From positions 32,001 to 96,000 of the forward strand of contig CAWFGO010000003.1 of NCBI GenBank assembly GCA_963815455.1: 64,000 nucleotides of DNA. Direction: 5' to 3'. The position numbers and the translations under genes are program-made. This DNA is from an uncultured Verrucomicrobiae bacterium. GTDB lineage: Bacteria > Verrucomicrobiota > Verrucomicrobiia > Chthoniobacterales > UBA10450. Below, piece by piece: positions 32,779 through 44,489 of this stretch; within the stretch, counting starts at the first letter, position 1, and every line of letters begins with the position of its first letter. The notes beneath the pieces are model-generated. The model made no database searches, was not told where the DNA came from, and saw only the letters and a list, made by a program, of their open reading frames with translations.

Positions 32779-34390
32779 CTAAGTGTTCTTTCGGTCTTTT
32801 GGCGTCTTTGCTTCGGGGCGCTCCTCGAGATTCTGTTCCTTGATCACGTTGTAACGCGTCTTGATTCGTTCGCGCGCGCCTTCCACCTTGTTGCGATCCA
32901 GGACCAGAGGGGGACCGTCGCCGATCATTCGAACGACGAAGTGCTCCGGCGGTATCGGCAAATGCTCTTGCCAATTCGTCCAGGGTCCGAATTTTCTTGC
33001 CGTTGACTTCATCAACAATCCCGCCGCGATAGGGCGCGAGGTAGCTATTGATCGGATCGGGCAAAATATTCGTCAGGACAATCACGTCCGGGTGCTGAAG
33101 ATAAACCTGGTCGAGCACGTAATAGCTGAAGAAATGGCGGACACGCAGATCGGGCGGTTGATACGCCTCGATCAGATCGAGGTTTAACGGCTGAAAAAGC
33201 AGGCCACCATAGAGCACATAGCGTGGCCGGACATCGTAGCTGTGTCCCTGGACAAAATAGGGCCAGACAGTTCCGAGTACGATATTCACCGTCATCGGTT
33301 TCTTATCGCGCAGAAGATCGAATTTCACGCTGTCCCCTTTGAATTTTCGTTCGACCACTTCCGGCATCTCCACCCGGGTGCCTTCCAATTCCACATTGGA
33401 ATCGCTCGCGATCGGATGATCGTCGATGGCAAGCAGAACGTCGCCGGACCGAATTGCCTTAGCCGACGGGCCGGCCTCGATCACCGTATTCACGATGACG
33501 CCGCGATCGTCGTCCTTGAGTCCGAGATAACGGCGTTGCGCAGGATTTTGCAGCTTCGAATAAGTAAATCCAAGATCGACATATCTGTCGTAATGCCCGT
33601 CGCTGATGTCTTTTAAGAACCGATTAACAACCGGAGTCGGAATCATGTAGGCCACACCCTGGGCCACGTCGCCGCTGTAACCCTGAAACGCGACTCCGAC
33701 GACCTTCGCGTTCTGCATCACCGGGCCGCCGCTGTTACCGGGATTGATTTGGGCACTGATCTGGATGGCCAGGTGCTGATCGATCGCCGAGTGGGTGTAA
33801 AGTTGAAAATCGGTTCGCGAAACGATGCCCGTTGTCACCGACATTCGCTCGCCCCCAATCGGATAACCGTAAGCCGAAACGGTCGATTCGAGATCGGGAA
33901 TGCCGCCAAACTTCAACGGCGTCATGTTCTTGAAGAAATCGGGGTCAGACACGGTGATCAATGCCAGATCGCAGTCGTGCGCCACAAACTGAACCGTTGC
34001 CGGATATTTATTCGGATCGCTGTCCCGTTCGACCGTGAGATAGCGGCTGTTGCTCACGACGTGGGCGTTGGTCAGGATGCGGTTGCCCTCGATCACAAAT
34101 CCGGCTCCGACTCCGCGTTGGACGGCGCCGGCATTCCAGGGCGCCCGGTAATCGGGTTCCAGGGCGGTGGCTGTGATGCGCACCAGACTCTTTTGAATCG
34201 GCCCATTTGGCCGGGGCGGAACCATTGGCACCGGAATAATGGCGGCTGGCGGCGGACTCGGTTTCGGCGTAAGGCCCGGCGGCTTCAGAGGTTGCTCCGG
34301 AGGAGCCGTTGGTGCCGGCGGTGTCTGCTGCGCGTAAGATGTCGATCCAAAAATAAGACCGATGCAAAGGAAAATAAGAACGCGCTTCAT
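32779..34390 (-). CDS. Secreted HtrA/Deg2-like serine protease with two PDZ domains (frameshift near C-terminus)
   Basis: LTNAHVV, HDCDLA, INPGNSGGP intact triad; PRYVLYGGLLFQPL second-PDZ motif. Confidence 0.9.
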
Positions 34391-34409
34391 GGCCGAAAGT
34401 CCGAGAAGA

Positions 34410-34850
34410 TCAAGCGAACTCGCCAGAAATCAAATTGCGATGTCGTGGCTCCGCTCGGGACGACCGTAAAGGCCGATGCCGCTTAGTCCGAGTTTTTTTC
34501 TTTCTTGTAGCTGATGAAGGCTGTCGCGTCCCCGCGGTGACAGTCACTGTCGCCGGGCCTGCAATGATAAAATTGTTGGTCGGTTCGAGTGGGTTGGAAG
34601 CATCCGTGTCGATCAGTGTCGCGGAGAGAACGTTAACGGGCCCTTTGTCAGTCGTAACGGACACCACTCCGCGTTCGGTCCCACCATCTTGCGTGAACGT
34701 GCGAATCTTTAGAAAAACGTCGCGGGGGATATTGATCTCCAAGTGCCCGTCTGCGGCAATAAACTCACTCTTCAAGTCACCGGCCAAAAGATTGGAAACA
34801 ATCGCGCACAAGAAAATCGCAATGAGCGATCGCAATAAAGGGGTTCTCAT
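34410..34850 (-). CDS. Hypothetical secreted protein (3' end uncertain)
   Basis: Signal peptide followed by a beta-rich region. Confidence 0.5.
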   Translation of the reverse strand: MRTPLLRSLIAIFLCAIVSNLLAGDLKSEFIAADGHLEINIPRDVFLKIRTFTQDGGTERGVVSVTTDKGPVNVLSATLIDTDASNPLEPTNNFIIAGPATVTVTAGTRQPSSATRKKKTRTKRHRPLRSSRAEPRHRNLISGEFA

Positions 34851-34865
34851 GCTTCAAGTTAGGCT

Positions 34866-36038
34866 TCAGACGCCGCTACGATCAAGCAACGATTTGAGGA
34901 CCTTTTCCGCTTCAAAAATCTCGCGGGCAATTTGTCGCGCGGTCCGCGAATGCCTCGCGTAGTCGGCATTGATCTCGCGCACGGCTTCAGCGATCTCGCC
35001 CAACGATTCAAAGGCAAACAAACCGGCTTTGCTGCCGTAATGTTCGCTGAATCCGGTTTCCTGAATAATCACGGGGCGTCCGGCGGCGAGATAACAAACG
35101 CTGCGGTCGCTGAACCATCCGGTGTTCAACCGGACGTATTGGTCCTTGGCCACGGTGAATTCTCCCTTCGACCGCCGAATGTAATCGCGATAGAGCCAGT
35201 AATCCGCGCTCAAATCGTGCGGCAAACGCAACCGCCAGCCGTGCTGGATAAATTTGCCGTGCGTCTTTTCGTCCTTGATATCGGTAGCCAGCTCGAATGT
35301 TTCGCCGGCCTTCTTCGGCGCTGCCACAAACCGCAAGAACTCCCGCGACTTGCTCCAGAGATACTTGTCGCCCCTCCAGGTGATGTCTTTCAGGCCGCTG
35401 GTGGACCAATTCGCCACCGAGGTGAGCACAGCCGCGCGGGAAGGAGATCGACTGGTCTTCCACAGGTCGGTCACCACCGGTTGACGAGTGGGTTGCCATT
35501 TGAACCCATGCAGCGGTACGGGAAATTTTTTCGTGCCGACGTTTTCGCCGAATGTAAAAAGCGCGTGGTGCCGGCCGATGTAGTCGATTGTCGATGTGAC
35601 GCCGTTGTCGATCTTGATTTGCTCCACGCCGGGATCGCTCTCGACGTAGATGATGCGATCGCTCGCCAACAGGTCGTCGTTAAACTCCTGCGCCCCGCAA
35701 ATGTTGAGGACCGCATCGGCGTCGCGATAAAGTTGCCGGATTTTTTTTAGCGAGAGACCAGCGGTCGGATAGTTCTTAAGATAACGCGCGCAAAAGCCCC
35801 ATCGATTTTTGAAATCGAACTCGCCCGCCAGCCGGCCGAGAAGTTTTGCCGCATAACTGAAATCCTCACTGGTATCGAACGTTTCCGAGTTGTAGGGAAA
35901 CCGGGCGGAATCTTCGATGTAGTAAACGTCGTGACCGAGCCGTTGCAGTCCGACAACATAATGCACATGCTGCCAGATCACCCCCGCGATCGGGCAGGAA
36001 CCCATGAAGCCCATCACAACGATGCATTTGCGCTTCAT
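34866..36038 (-). CDS. Uncharacterised glycosyltransferase-like (GT-B) protein, paralog B
   Basis: GLQRLGHDVYYIED; EFTVAKDQYVRLNTGWFSDRSVCYLAAGRPVIIQETG. Confidence 0.65.
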   Translation of the reverse strand: MKRKCIVVMGFMGSCPIAGVIWQHVHYVVGLQRLGHDVYYIEDSARFPYNSETFDTSEDFSYAAKLLGRLAGEFDFKNRWGFCARYLKNYPTAGLSLKKIRQLYRDADAVLNICGAQEFNDDLLASDRIIYVESDPGVEQIKIDNGVTSTIDYIGRHHALFTFGENVGTKKFPVPLHGFKWQPTRQPVVTDLWKTSRSPSRAAVLTSVANWSTSGLKDITWRGDKYLWSKSREFLRFVAAPKKAGETFELATDIKDEKTHGKFIQHGWRLRLPHDLSADYWLYRDYIRRSKGEFTVAKDQYVRLNTGWFSDRSVCYLAAGRPVIIQETGFSEHYGSKAGLFAFESLGEIAEAVREINADYARHSRTARQIAREIFEAEKVLKSLLDRSGV

Positions 36039-36626
36039 TTACTGGAAAGTCTTCACAACCACCGCCGGATTTCCGGCAACAACCGAATTAGGCGGCACGC
36101 TCTTGGTTACGATCGCCCCTGCCGCCACAACGGAATTCTCTCCAATCGTCACGCCTTTCAAAATGAGGGAATGCATGCCGATCCAAACATTGTCGCAAAT
36201 TTTCACCGGCGCGGTTTTTAGTTTGGGGCGCGGTGGGCGGTCCTTGAAGAACGGGGCGATAGCTTGCGCATCGATCAGGCGTTGGGCCGGATCGAGCGGA
36301 TGAAAGTCGGAGTCCGCGATGCCGACATTCCACGAGACCAGGCAGTGCGATCCGATCTCGATCTTCTCTTCGGCCATGACCAGCGCGCCGTTAAGCAAGG
36401 TGAAATCGCCGATCGTGCAGCGACCGTTCACGCCAATCGAAAAAGAGCAGCCGGAATAGCAGGAAACATGATTGCCAATGATAACGGCGGCCGATTGTTT
36501 GTTGCGGAGAAATCGAAAGATTTGCGCCGTCTCGCAGTAAAACCCTTCGCCGAATTCCACGTTCGGCGGGATCGGTTCTGTCCACCAATCGCTCTCCACA
36601 TGTCGATCTGGTTTCACGTTGCTCAT
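36039..36626 (-). CDS. Hexapeptide-repeat (LbH) O-acyltransferase
   Basis: DSDFHP, PVKICDNVWIG...ILKGVTIGENSVVAAGAIVTKSVP...VAGNPA. Confidence 0.92.
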   Translation of the reverse strand: MSNVKPDRHVESDWWTEPIPPNVEFGEGFYCETAQIFRFLRNKQSAAVIIGNHVSCYSGCSFSIGVNGRCTIGDFTLLNGALVMAEEKIEIGSHCLVSWNVGIADSDFHPLDPAQRLIDAQAIAPFFKDRPPRPKLKTAPVKICDNVWIGMHSLILKGVTIGENSVVAAGAIVTKSVPPNSVVAGNPAVVVKTFQ

Positions 36627-38368
36627 ATTGGAAATTTTCCGGAAGCGAAAAGCTTCGCATAAGGGCCGCCGCGCGCGACCAATTCCGGCCCGCGGCCTTG
36701 TTCGACAACACGGCCGCGTTCGAGGACAACGATAAGATCGACATCGTGAATCGTGGCCAATCGATGCGTCGCGATCAAGGTGGTGCGCCCGCGCATCAGT
36801 TCTTTTATCGTTTCCATGATGGCGGCTTCGGTGGTCGGGTCGAGGGCAGATGTCGGTTCGTCGAGGAGCAGGATCGGCGCGTTTTTCAGGAACGCGCGCG
36901 CGATCCCGATTCGTTGTCGTTGGCCCACACTTAGGTGGCCGCCCCGTTCGCCCACCATGCTGGCATAACCGTTTGGCAACTGCCGGATGAAATCGTCGGC
37001 CTGCGCCCGCCGCGCAGCCTGGACAATTTCTTCTTCCGTCGCATCGGGCCGGCCATAGGCAATGTTTTCGCGCGCCGTTGTGGAAAAGAGCAATGTGTCC
37101 TGCAGGACCAGACTGATTTGCGACCGCAGGGATTTCTTCGTGAGCTCACGCAAATCGCGAGTGTCCAGAGTCACCCGGCCGGAGGTTGGATCATAAAAGC
37201 GCGGAACCAGACTCAACAGCGTGCTCTTGCCCGCGCCGGTACCGCCGACGAGCGCGACGATTTGATTTGGTTCGATGTGAAGATCGACATCGTGCAATAC
37301 CGGCCGGTCCTCGGCGTAGCCAAACGAAACGTTTTCGAATCGCAGCGCACCTTTGGTACCTGTGACCGCGATTGCGTTCGGCGAATCGACCACGTCGTCG
37401 CGCCCATCCAGGACTTCAAAACAGCGTCGAGCTCCGGCCGTCGCGCCTTCCATCGCCCACGCAGTGTAGGTGAGTGACTCGAGCGGTTGATAAAGCATCA
37501 GGAGATAGGCGCTGAAGACGAGAAGCGAACCGAGGGTGAGCGTCCCGGCCAGGACATGCATCGTTCCGACGTAATACATTGCCGCCGTGCCGATCACCAT
37601 CAGCGTGCTAATCACCAGCGCGCTGTTCACATTGGTCAACGTAAGCCGGAGATTCGCCTGCATGCTTTGCTGAGCCCTGTGGTGAAATTGGCTGACCTCG
37701 AATTCTTCTCGCCCGTAGGCGTGCACCATACGGATCGAGCTCAACCCTTCCTGCGCCTGGGCCAGCACTGCGCTCTCCTGTTCCTGGATAAAAGTCGATT
37801 CGCGGCGAATCCGGTGCGCAAAAAAATAAATCGCGCCCACCATCAGCGGCACGATCCCGAGCGAAAGAAGCGTCAGCTGCCAGTCCAGTCGTATCATGAT
37901 TAGAAACGTGCCCAGCAATGTAACAAGCGATCCAGAGATGTTCGTGAAACCCTTGTTGTAGATCGTCTGGATCGATTGCGAGTCGTAGGCCACGCGAAAA
38001 CTGGAATCGCTCGACCGGCGCGCGTCGTGGTATTTGAGAGAGAGCGACTGCAGATAGGAATAGAGATCGGTCCGCAATTTCAGCAGCGCCTGGAGCCCGA
38101 TTTTTACGAACAGATAATTCGTTATCCAGTTGAGGATTCCCCAAAGCAGTTGGATCACGACGAGGGCCAGGCAGAGCAGGGGAATCAATTTGGCCGAAGT
38201 CCCAAATATCGCGTGCGGATTTCGCAGAAGCACATCGTCGACCATGATTTTCAGGGGCCACGGTTTGAGAAGATTCAAGCCAATCCCGCAGAAGGAGAGC
38301 AGCAACCCGAAAGTCGTTTGCCCCCAGAACGGTCGGTAATACTTGAGGACGCGCCGGTAGATCGACAT
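36623..38368 (-). CDS. ABC exporter, fused permease/ATPase (MsbA-like)
   Basis: TM domain; GGTGAGKST, LSVGQRQR, LLLDEPTSALD. Confidence 0.95.
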   Translation of the reverse strand: MSIYRRVLKYYRPFWGQTTFGLLLSFCGIGLNLLKPWPLKIMVDDVLLRNPHAIFGTSAKLIPLLCLALVVIQLLWGILNWITNYLFVKIGLQALLKLRTDLYSYLQSLSLKYHDARRSSDSSFRVAYDSQSIQTIYNKGFTNISGSLVTLLGTFLIMIRLDWQLTLLSLGIVPLMVGAIYFFAHRIRRESTFIQEQESAVLAQAQEGLSSIRMVHAYGREEFEVSQFHHRAQQSMQANLRLTLTNVNSALVISTLMVIGTAAMYYVGTMHVLAGTLTLGSLLVFSAYLLMLYQPLESLTYTAWAMEGATAGARRCFEVLDGRDDVVDSPNAIAVTGTKGALRFENVSFGYAEDRPVLHDVDLHIEPNQIVALVGGTGAGKSTLLSLVPRFYDPTSGRVTLDTRDLRELTKKSLRSQISLVLQDTLLFSTTARENIAYGRPDATEEEIVQAARRAQADDFIRQLPNGYASMVGERGGHLSVGQRQRIGIARAFLKNAPILLLDEPTSALDPTTEAAIMETIKELMRGRTTLIATHRLATIHDVDLIVVLERGRVVEQGRGPELVARGGPYAKLFASGKFPI

Positions 38369-38467
38369 GTGATTTAGATTGCGGATTTCAAATTTCAGAC
38401 TGAACTACACGCGTCTCCAATGCCATAGGCTAAATCCGCGATCCGAAATCCGAAATCCGAAATTATC

Positions 38468-39112
38468 GTGCATCATTTTCTTCAAATCTGGTTCGAGTGG
38501 GTGCTGACGGGCGGCTACCTGGGCATCATCGTATTGATGGCGATGGAAAGCTCGATCTTTCCGGTACCAAGCGAAGTTGTCATCCCGCCGGCGGCCTTTT
38601 TGGCAGCGCAGGGAAAGCTGAGCTTTACCGGCGTGGTCCTGGCGGGGACGCTGGGATCGTATTTGGGATCGGCCATTACCTATTGGGTTTCGCGGCTAGT
38701 TGGACGGCCGCTCATAATAAAGTACGGCCGCTTTGTGTTCATCTCCCCACAAAAGCTCGAGCGAGCGGAGCTGTGGCTTGCCCGCTACGAGGCCGGCGGA
38801 GTCTTTTTTGCGCGCCTGCTCCCGGTGGTGCGCCATCTTATCTCGATCCCGGCTGGCGTCGTCCGGATGAATTTTGGTGTCTTCAGTGTCGTGACAATCG
38901 CCGGCTCGGCGCTGTGGTGCTGGATCCTGGCCTATCTTGGCGGAAGGGCTTACAAGGCTGAACCAGAGCTCCTAAACGACCCCGAAGCGATGGTCCGTTT
39001 CATCAAGGGCCAGTTGGCATGGATACTGGTAGTGGTGCTGGTCTTCACCGTACTCTACATATTGACAATGCGCCTTTCCCAGCCAAAAGGCGACCCTTCC
39101 AGTTCACCGTAA
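38468..39112 (+). CDS. DedA family membrane protein
   Basis: MESSIFPVPSEVVIPPA, FFARLLPVVRHLISIPAG. Confidence 0.93.
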   Translation: MHHFLQIWFEWVLTGGYLGIIVLMAMESSIFPVPSEVVIPPAAFLAAQGKLSFTGVVLAGTLGSYLGSAITYWVSRLVGRPLIIKYGRFVFISPQKLERAELWLARYEAGGVFFARLLPVVRHLISIPAGVVRMNFGVFSVVTIAGSALWCWILAYLGGRAYKAEPELLNDPEAMVRFIKGQLAWILVVVLVFTVLYILTMRLSQPKGDPSSSP

Positions 39113-39233
39113 AGTGTCATTGTATTAGACATTAGTGTCAATATATTGACACTTTACGGCTGATGAGCTTCTGCGGAATTCCGCAGTCTACGATGCTACG
39201 CCAGCCCAGATTGAACACTGGCACTGGAACTGC
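39107..39233 (+). promoter_or_regulatory. Sigma54 promoter with upstream palindromic enhancer-like sites
   Basis: TGGCACTGGAACTGC (39219-39233); perfect palindrome AGTGTCAATATATTGACACT (39134-39153); 13-bp inverted repeat 39107-39119/39147-39159. Confidence 0.7.
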
Positions 39234-39250
39234 TGTCAAACGGGGCAGTA

Positions 39251-39436
39251 ATGAAGAAACATAACCTTATTCTTAAGCAGCCTCGCGCGAAACTTTCGCT
39301 CGGCGATCTGATCGTGGCAGTGAGTTCGTGCACCAAAAGCACGAAGGAAACTGTCGCGACCGTGGCCGATCTCCTGGGTAGCGGAAAAGTCCGCGTCCAA
39401 AGCAACGGCCGGTTTCTGCGGGCGCGAGTTTGCTAG
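39251..39436 (+). CDS. Small basic hypothetical protein (61 aa)
   Basis: MKKHNLILKQPRAKLSLGDLIVAVSS...ETVATVADLLGSGKVRV; lies directly behind a sigma54 motif. Confidence 0.65.
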   Translation: MKKHNLILKQPRAKLSLGDLIVAVSSCTKSTKETVATVADLLGSGKVRVQSNGRFLRARVC

Positions 39437-39557
39437 GTTAAGATCGAGCAATCGAGCAACGGCTTTTTGAAGTCGCTCCGATGATTTGTCGCCGGAGCGA
39501 TTTTCTTTTTTACACAAAACGCTTTCCGCTTTCACTGGGCGCTTTTATCTTTAGGGC

Positions 39558-40853
39558 GTGATCGATCGCTATTCCCGGCCGGAGATGCGCAACATCTGGT
39601 CGGACGAACGCAAGTTCCAAATCTGGCTGGAAATTGAAACCCTCGCTTGTGAAGCGATGGCCGCGCTCGGTCAGATCCCAAAGACCGACGCCGCGGAAAT
39701 TCGAAAGCGGGCGCGGTTTTCCATTTCGGAAATTGCCGAGATCGAGAAGCGGACGAATCACGATGTGATTGCCTTCCTGGAAAACGTTGCCGCCTCGGTC
39801 GGCCCGGCGGCCCGCTGGATCCATCAGGGATTAACCTCGTCAGATATTCTGGACACAACGCTCGCGGTTCAGATGACCGAATCGGCGGGTCTTCTTCTGG
39901 CCGACTTAAAGGAATTAAGATCGACAATCGCAAGCCAGGCTCGGCGGTTCAAGATGACGCCCATGATCGGGCGGAGCCACGGCATTCATGCGGAACCGAT
40001 CACGTTCGGATTAAAGTTGGCATTGATGTTCGATGAATTTGGCCGTGCGATCGAACGATTAGAACAGACGCGCGAGCGCATTCGCGTCGGCAAGATTAGC
40101 GGGGCGGTGGGAACACATGCGCATATCGATCCTGCGATCGAGCGGACGGTTTGCGAGAAGCTTGGGCTGAAGGCGGCGACGATTTCGACCCAAATTGTCC
40201 AGCGCGATCGCCATGCGGAATTCTGCGCCACGCTCGCGATCATTGCGTCGAGTATTGATCGCTGGGCTACGGAGTTTCGTCATCTACAGCGCACCGAAGT
40301 TCTTGAGGTGGAAGAATTTTTCGGCGAAGGGCAAAAAGGCAGTTCGGCCATGCCGCACAAGCGCAACCCAATCACCGGCGAACGATTGAGCGGACTCGCC
40401 CGGGTGATTCGCGGAAACGCCGTGGCGGCATTCGAGAACGTCGCCCTCTGGCACGAACGCGACATCAGTCATTCCAGCGCGGAACGGATCATCCTTCCGG
40501 ATTCGTGTGTCCTGCTCGATTACATGCTGACGAAGCTGCGGGATGTCGTCGAGAAGCTGCAGGTTTATCCGGAACGAATGGCCCAAAATCTTGCACTCAC
40601 CAAGGGTCTCTATTTCAGCCAGTCCATATTGCTAGCGCTCACCTCCGCTGGCGCGGAGCGCAAGAACGCCTACGAAGCGGTGCAGCGCGCGGCCATGAAG
40701 ACTTGGAAAGGCGAGGGGACGTTCGCCGAAAACGCGAAGCGAGAACCGGAAATAACTGCGAAACTTTCCGCTTCAGAAATCGACAAGCTTTGCTCGCTCG
40801 ATATTCATTTTAAACACGTCGATGCGACGTTTAAAGCGCTTGGCCTGGATTAG
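39558..40853 (+). CDS. purB: Adenylosuccinate lyase
   Basis: MIDRYSRPEM, TNHDVIAF, GRSHGIHAEP, GSSAMPHKRNP. Confidence 0.97.
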   Translation: MIDRYSRPEMRNIWSDERKFQIWLEIETLACEAMAALGQIPKTDAAEIRKRARFSISEIAEIEKRTNHDVIAFLENVAASVGPAARWIHQGLTSSDILDTTLAVQMTESAGLLLADLKELRSTIASQARRFKMTPMIGRSHGIHAEPITFGLKLALMFDEFGRAIERLEQTRERIRVGKISGAVGTHAHIDPAIERTVCEKLGLKAATISTQIVQRDRHAEFCATLAIIASSIDRWATEFRHLQRTEVLEVEEFFGEGQKGSSAMPHKRNPITGERLSGLARVIRGNAVAAFENVALWHERDISHSSAERIILPDSCVLLDYMLTKLRDVVEKLQVYPERMAQNLALTKGLYFSQSILLALTSAGAERKNAYEAVQRAAMKTWKGEGTFAENAKREPEITAKLSASEIDKLCSLDIHFKHVDATFKALGLD

Positions 40854-40861
40854 TCGCCTCT

Positions 40862-40990
40862 TGTCATCCTGAGCGAAGCGAAGGATCTCGCGATTAGAAG
40901 CAACGCGCGCGATCAACGAAGCGATTGCGGTCACTGTTGTTCCCACCTTCAGAGTGCGCGTGTGAGGTCCCTCGCTTCGCTCGGGATGAC
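40862..40990. repeat. GTCATCCTGAGC-type palindromic repeat (family B)
   Basis: TGTCATCCTGAGCGAAGCGAAGGATC...CCTCGCTTCGCTCGGGATGAC; related copies at 18717-18824, 51825-51918, 56605-56691, degenerate at 14824-14859. Confidence 0.8.
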
Positions 40991-41025
40991 GTTCGATTCG
41001 CGCGCGTTGGTCGTTCTAAGCGGAG

Positions 41026-43268
<2,243 letters not shown>

Positions 43269-43319
43269 CATCCCCTATCGAGGAAATCAAAATGAACTTG
43301 CGTCCCGTCTTGCGGACAC

Positions 43320-44453
43320 ATGAGAAAAAATACAATAGTCCTGGTGATCTGGGCCGTGACGATCGGTCAGGTTCTCGGCCAGAATCGGATTGTTGACAGT
43401 CGGCCGACACAATCGCAATCGCAGTCATTGTCGTTTTTGGGTCCTTCAACCTGGAATCCGGGAGCAACCGTTAACGTGGATGTGTTTCTCACATTTAGCG
43501 GCTACAGCGCCTTTTATTTTTCTTACTGGTTAGAAGTGCCAGCGGCTTTGGCGCCATACCTGAGCATTACGGGTGCGCAGTACTTTACCGTTCTCGATCC
43601 AAATAGTACTACTCCAAATCCAGCGCAGTTTAACTCAACGAGTGGTGCGAGCCCTGGATACATGAACGAAACTCGCGACTTGGGCGCGGCCACCGAAGTA
43701 CTACCCGGCAGCGAATTACCGCCCGGTTCTTATTACATCACCCGACTGACGTTCGCGGTCGCTCCCGGGGCCTGTACCCTAAGCGGTCAAACTTTCACAA
43801 TGCGGTCGACGGCTACTAGCCCGCGTGTTTCGACGGTCAATGATACCAACTTCGACGAGCACAACATTATCCCGCCCGGCACGTTCGCGATTACGATTGG
43901 CTCATCGCCCTGCACCATCCTTTCGCAAGTTTCGCGCAAGACTCACGGGTCCGCGGGCATGTTCGATATCGACCTGCCGCTCACTGGCAGGCCGGGAATC
44001 GAATGTCGCACCGGCGGCGAGGCCGGCGACCACAAGATCGTCGTAACTTTCTCCGGTAGCGTGACGGTCAGCGGCAATCCTCAGGCGGCGGTAACCGCGG
44101 GCACAGGGACAATCGGCAGCGATGGAAACAGCAATGGCGGAACGGTCGCTGTCAGCGGAAACACTGTGACCGTACCCCTAACGAACGTGGCCAACGCTCA
44201 AACGATCGACGTGACACTGTATGGCGTGAATTATGGCGCTGGTAACACCAACCTCGTTATCCCAATGAGCGTGCTTCTGGGCGATGTAAATGATAATGGA
44301 ATCGTCAACTCCTCAGACATTGTCGGAGTTAAGGGCCAGCTCGGACAGCCCGTTACGGCTTCCAATTTTCGCGCGGACGTGACTGCCGGAGGATCCATCA
44401 ACGTCACTGATGTGGCGTTGGTAAAGGCAAACCTTCAGACGGCCCTGCCTTGA
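43320..44453 (+). CDS. Secreted protein with C-terminal dockerin type I-like domain
   Basis: Signal peptide; SRKTHGSAGMFDIDLPL...GIECR; GDVNDNGIVNSSD and ADVTAGGSINVTD repeats; TTGACA-N17-CAAAAT upstream (43265-43293). Confidence 0.85.
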   Translation: MRKNTIVLVIWAVTIGQVLGQNRIVDSRPTQSQSQSLSFLGPSTWNPGATVNVDVFLTFSGYSAFYFSYWLEVPAALAPYLSITGAQYFTVLDPNSTTPNPAQFNSTSGASPGYMNETRDLGAATEVLPGSELPPGSYYITRLTFAVAPGACTLSGQTFTMRSTATSPRVSTVNDTNFDEHNIIPPGTFAITIGSSPCTILSQVSRKTHGSAGMFDIDLPLTGRPGIECRTGGEAGDHKIVVTFSGSVTVSGNPQAAVTAGTGTIGSDGNSNGGTVAVSGNTVTVPLTNVANAQTIDVTLYGVNYGAGNTNLVIPMSVLLGDVNDNGIVNSSDIVGVKGQLGQPVTASNFRADVTAGGSINVTDVALVKANLQTALP

Positions 44454-44489
44454 ATTTCGGCGGCGATCGATCTCGGAACTGGTGCGTTC

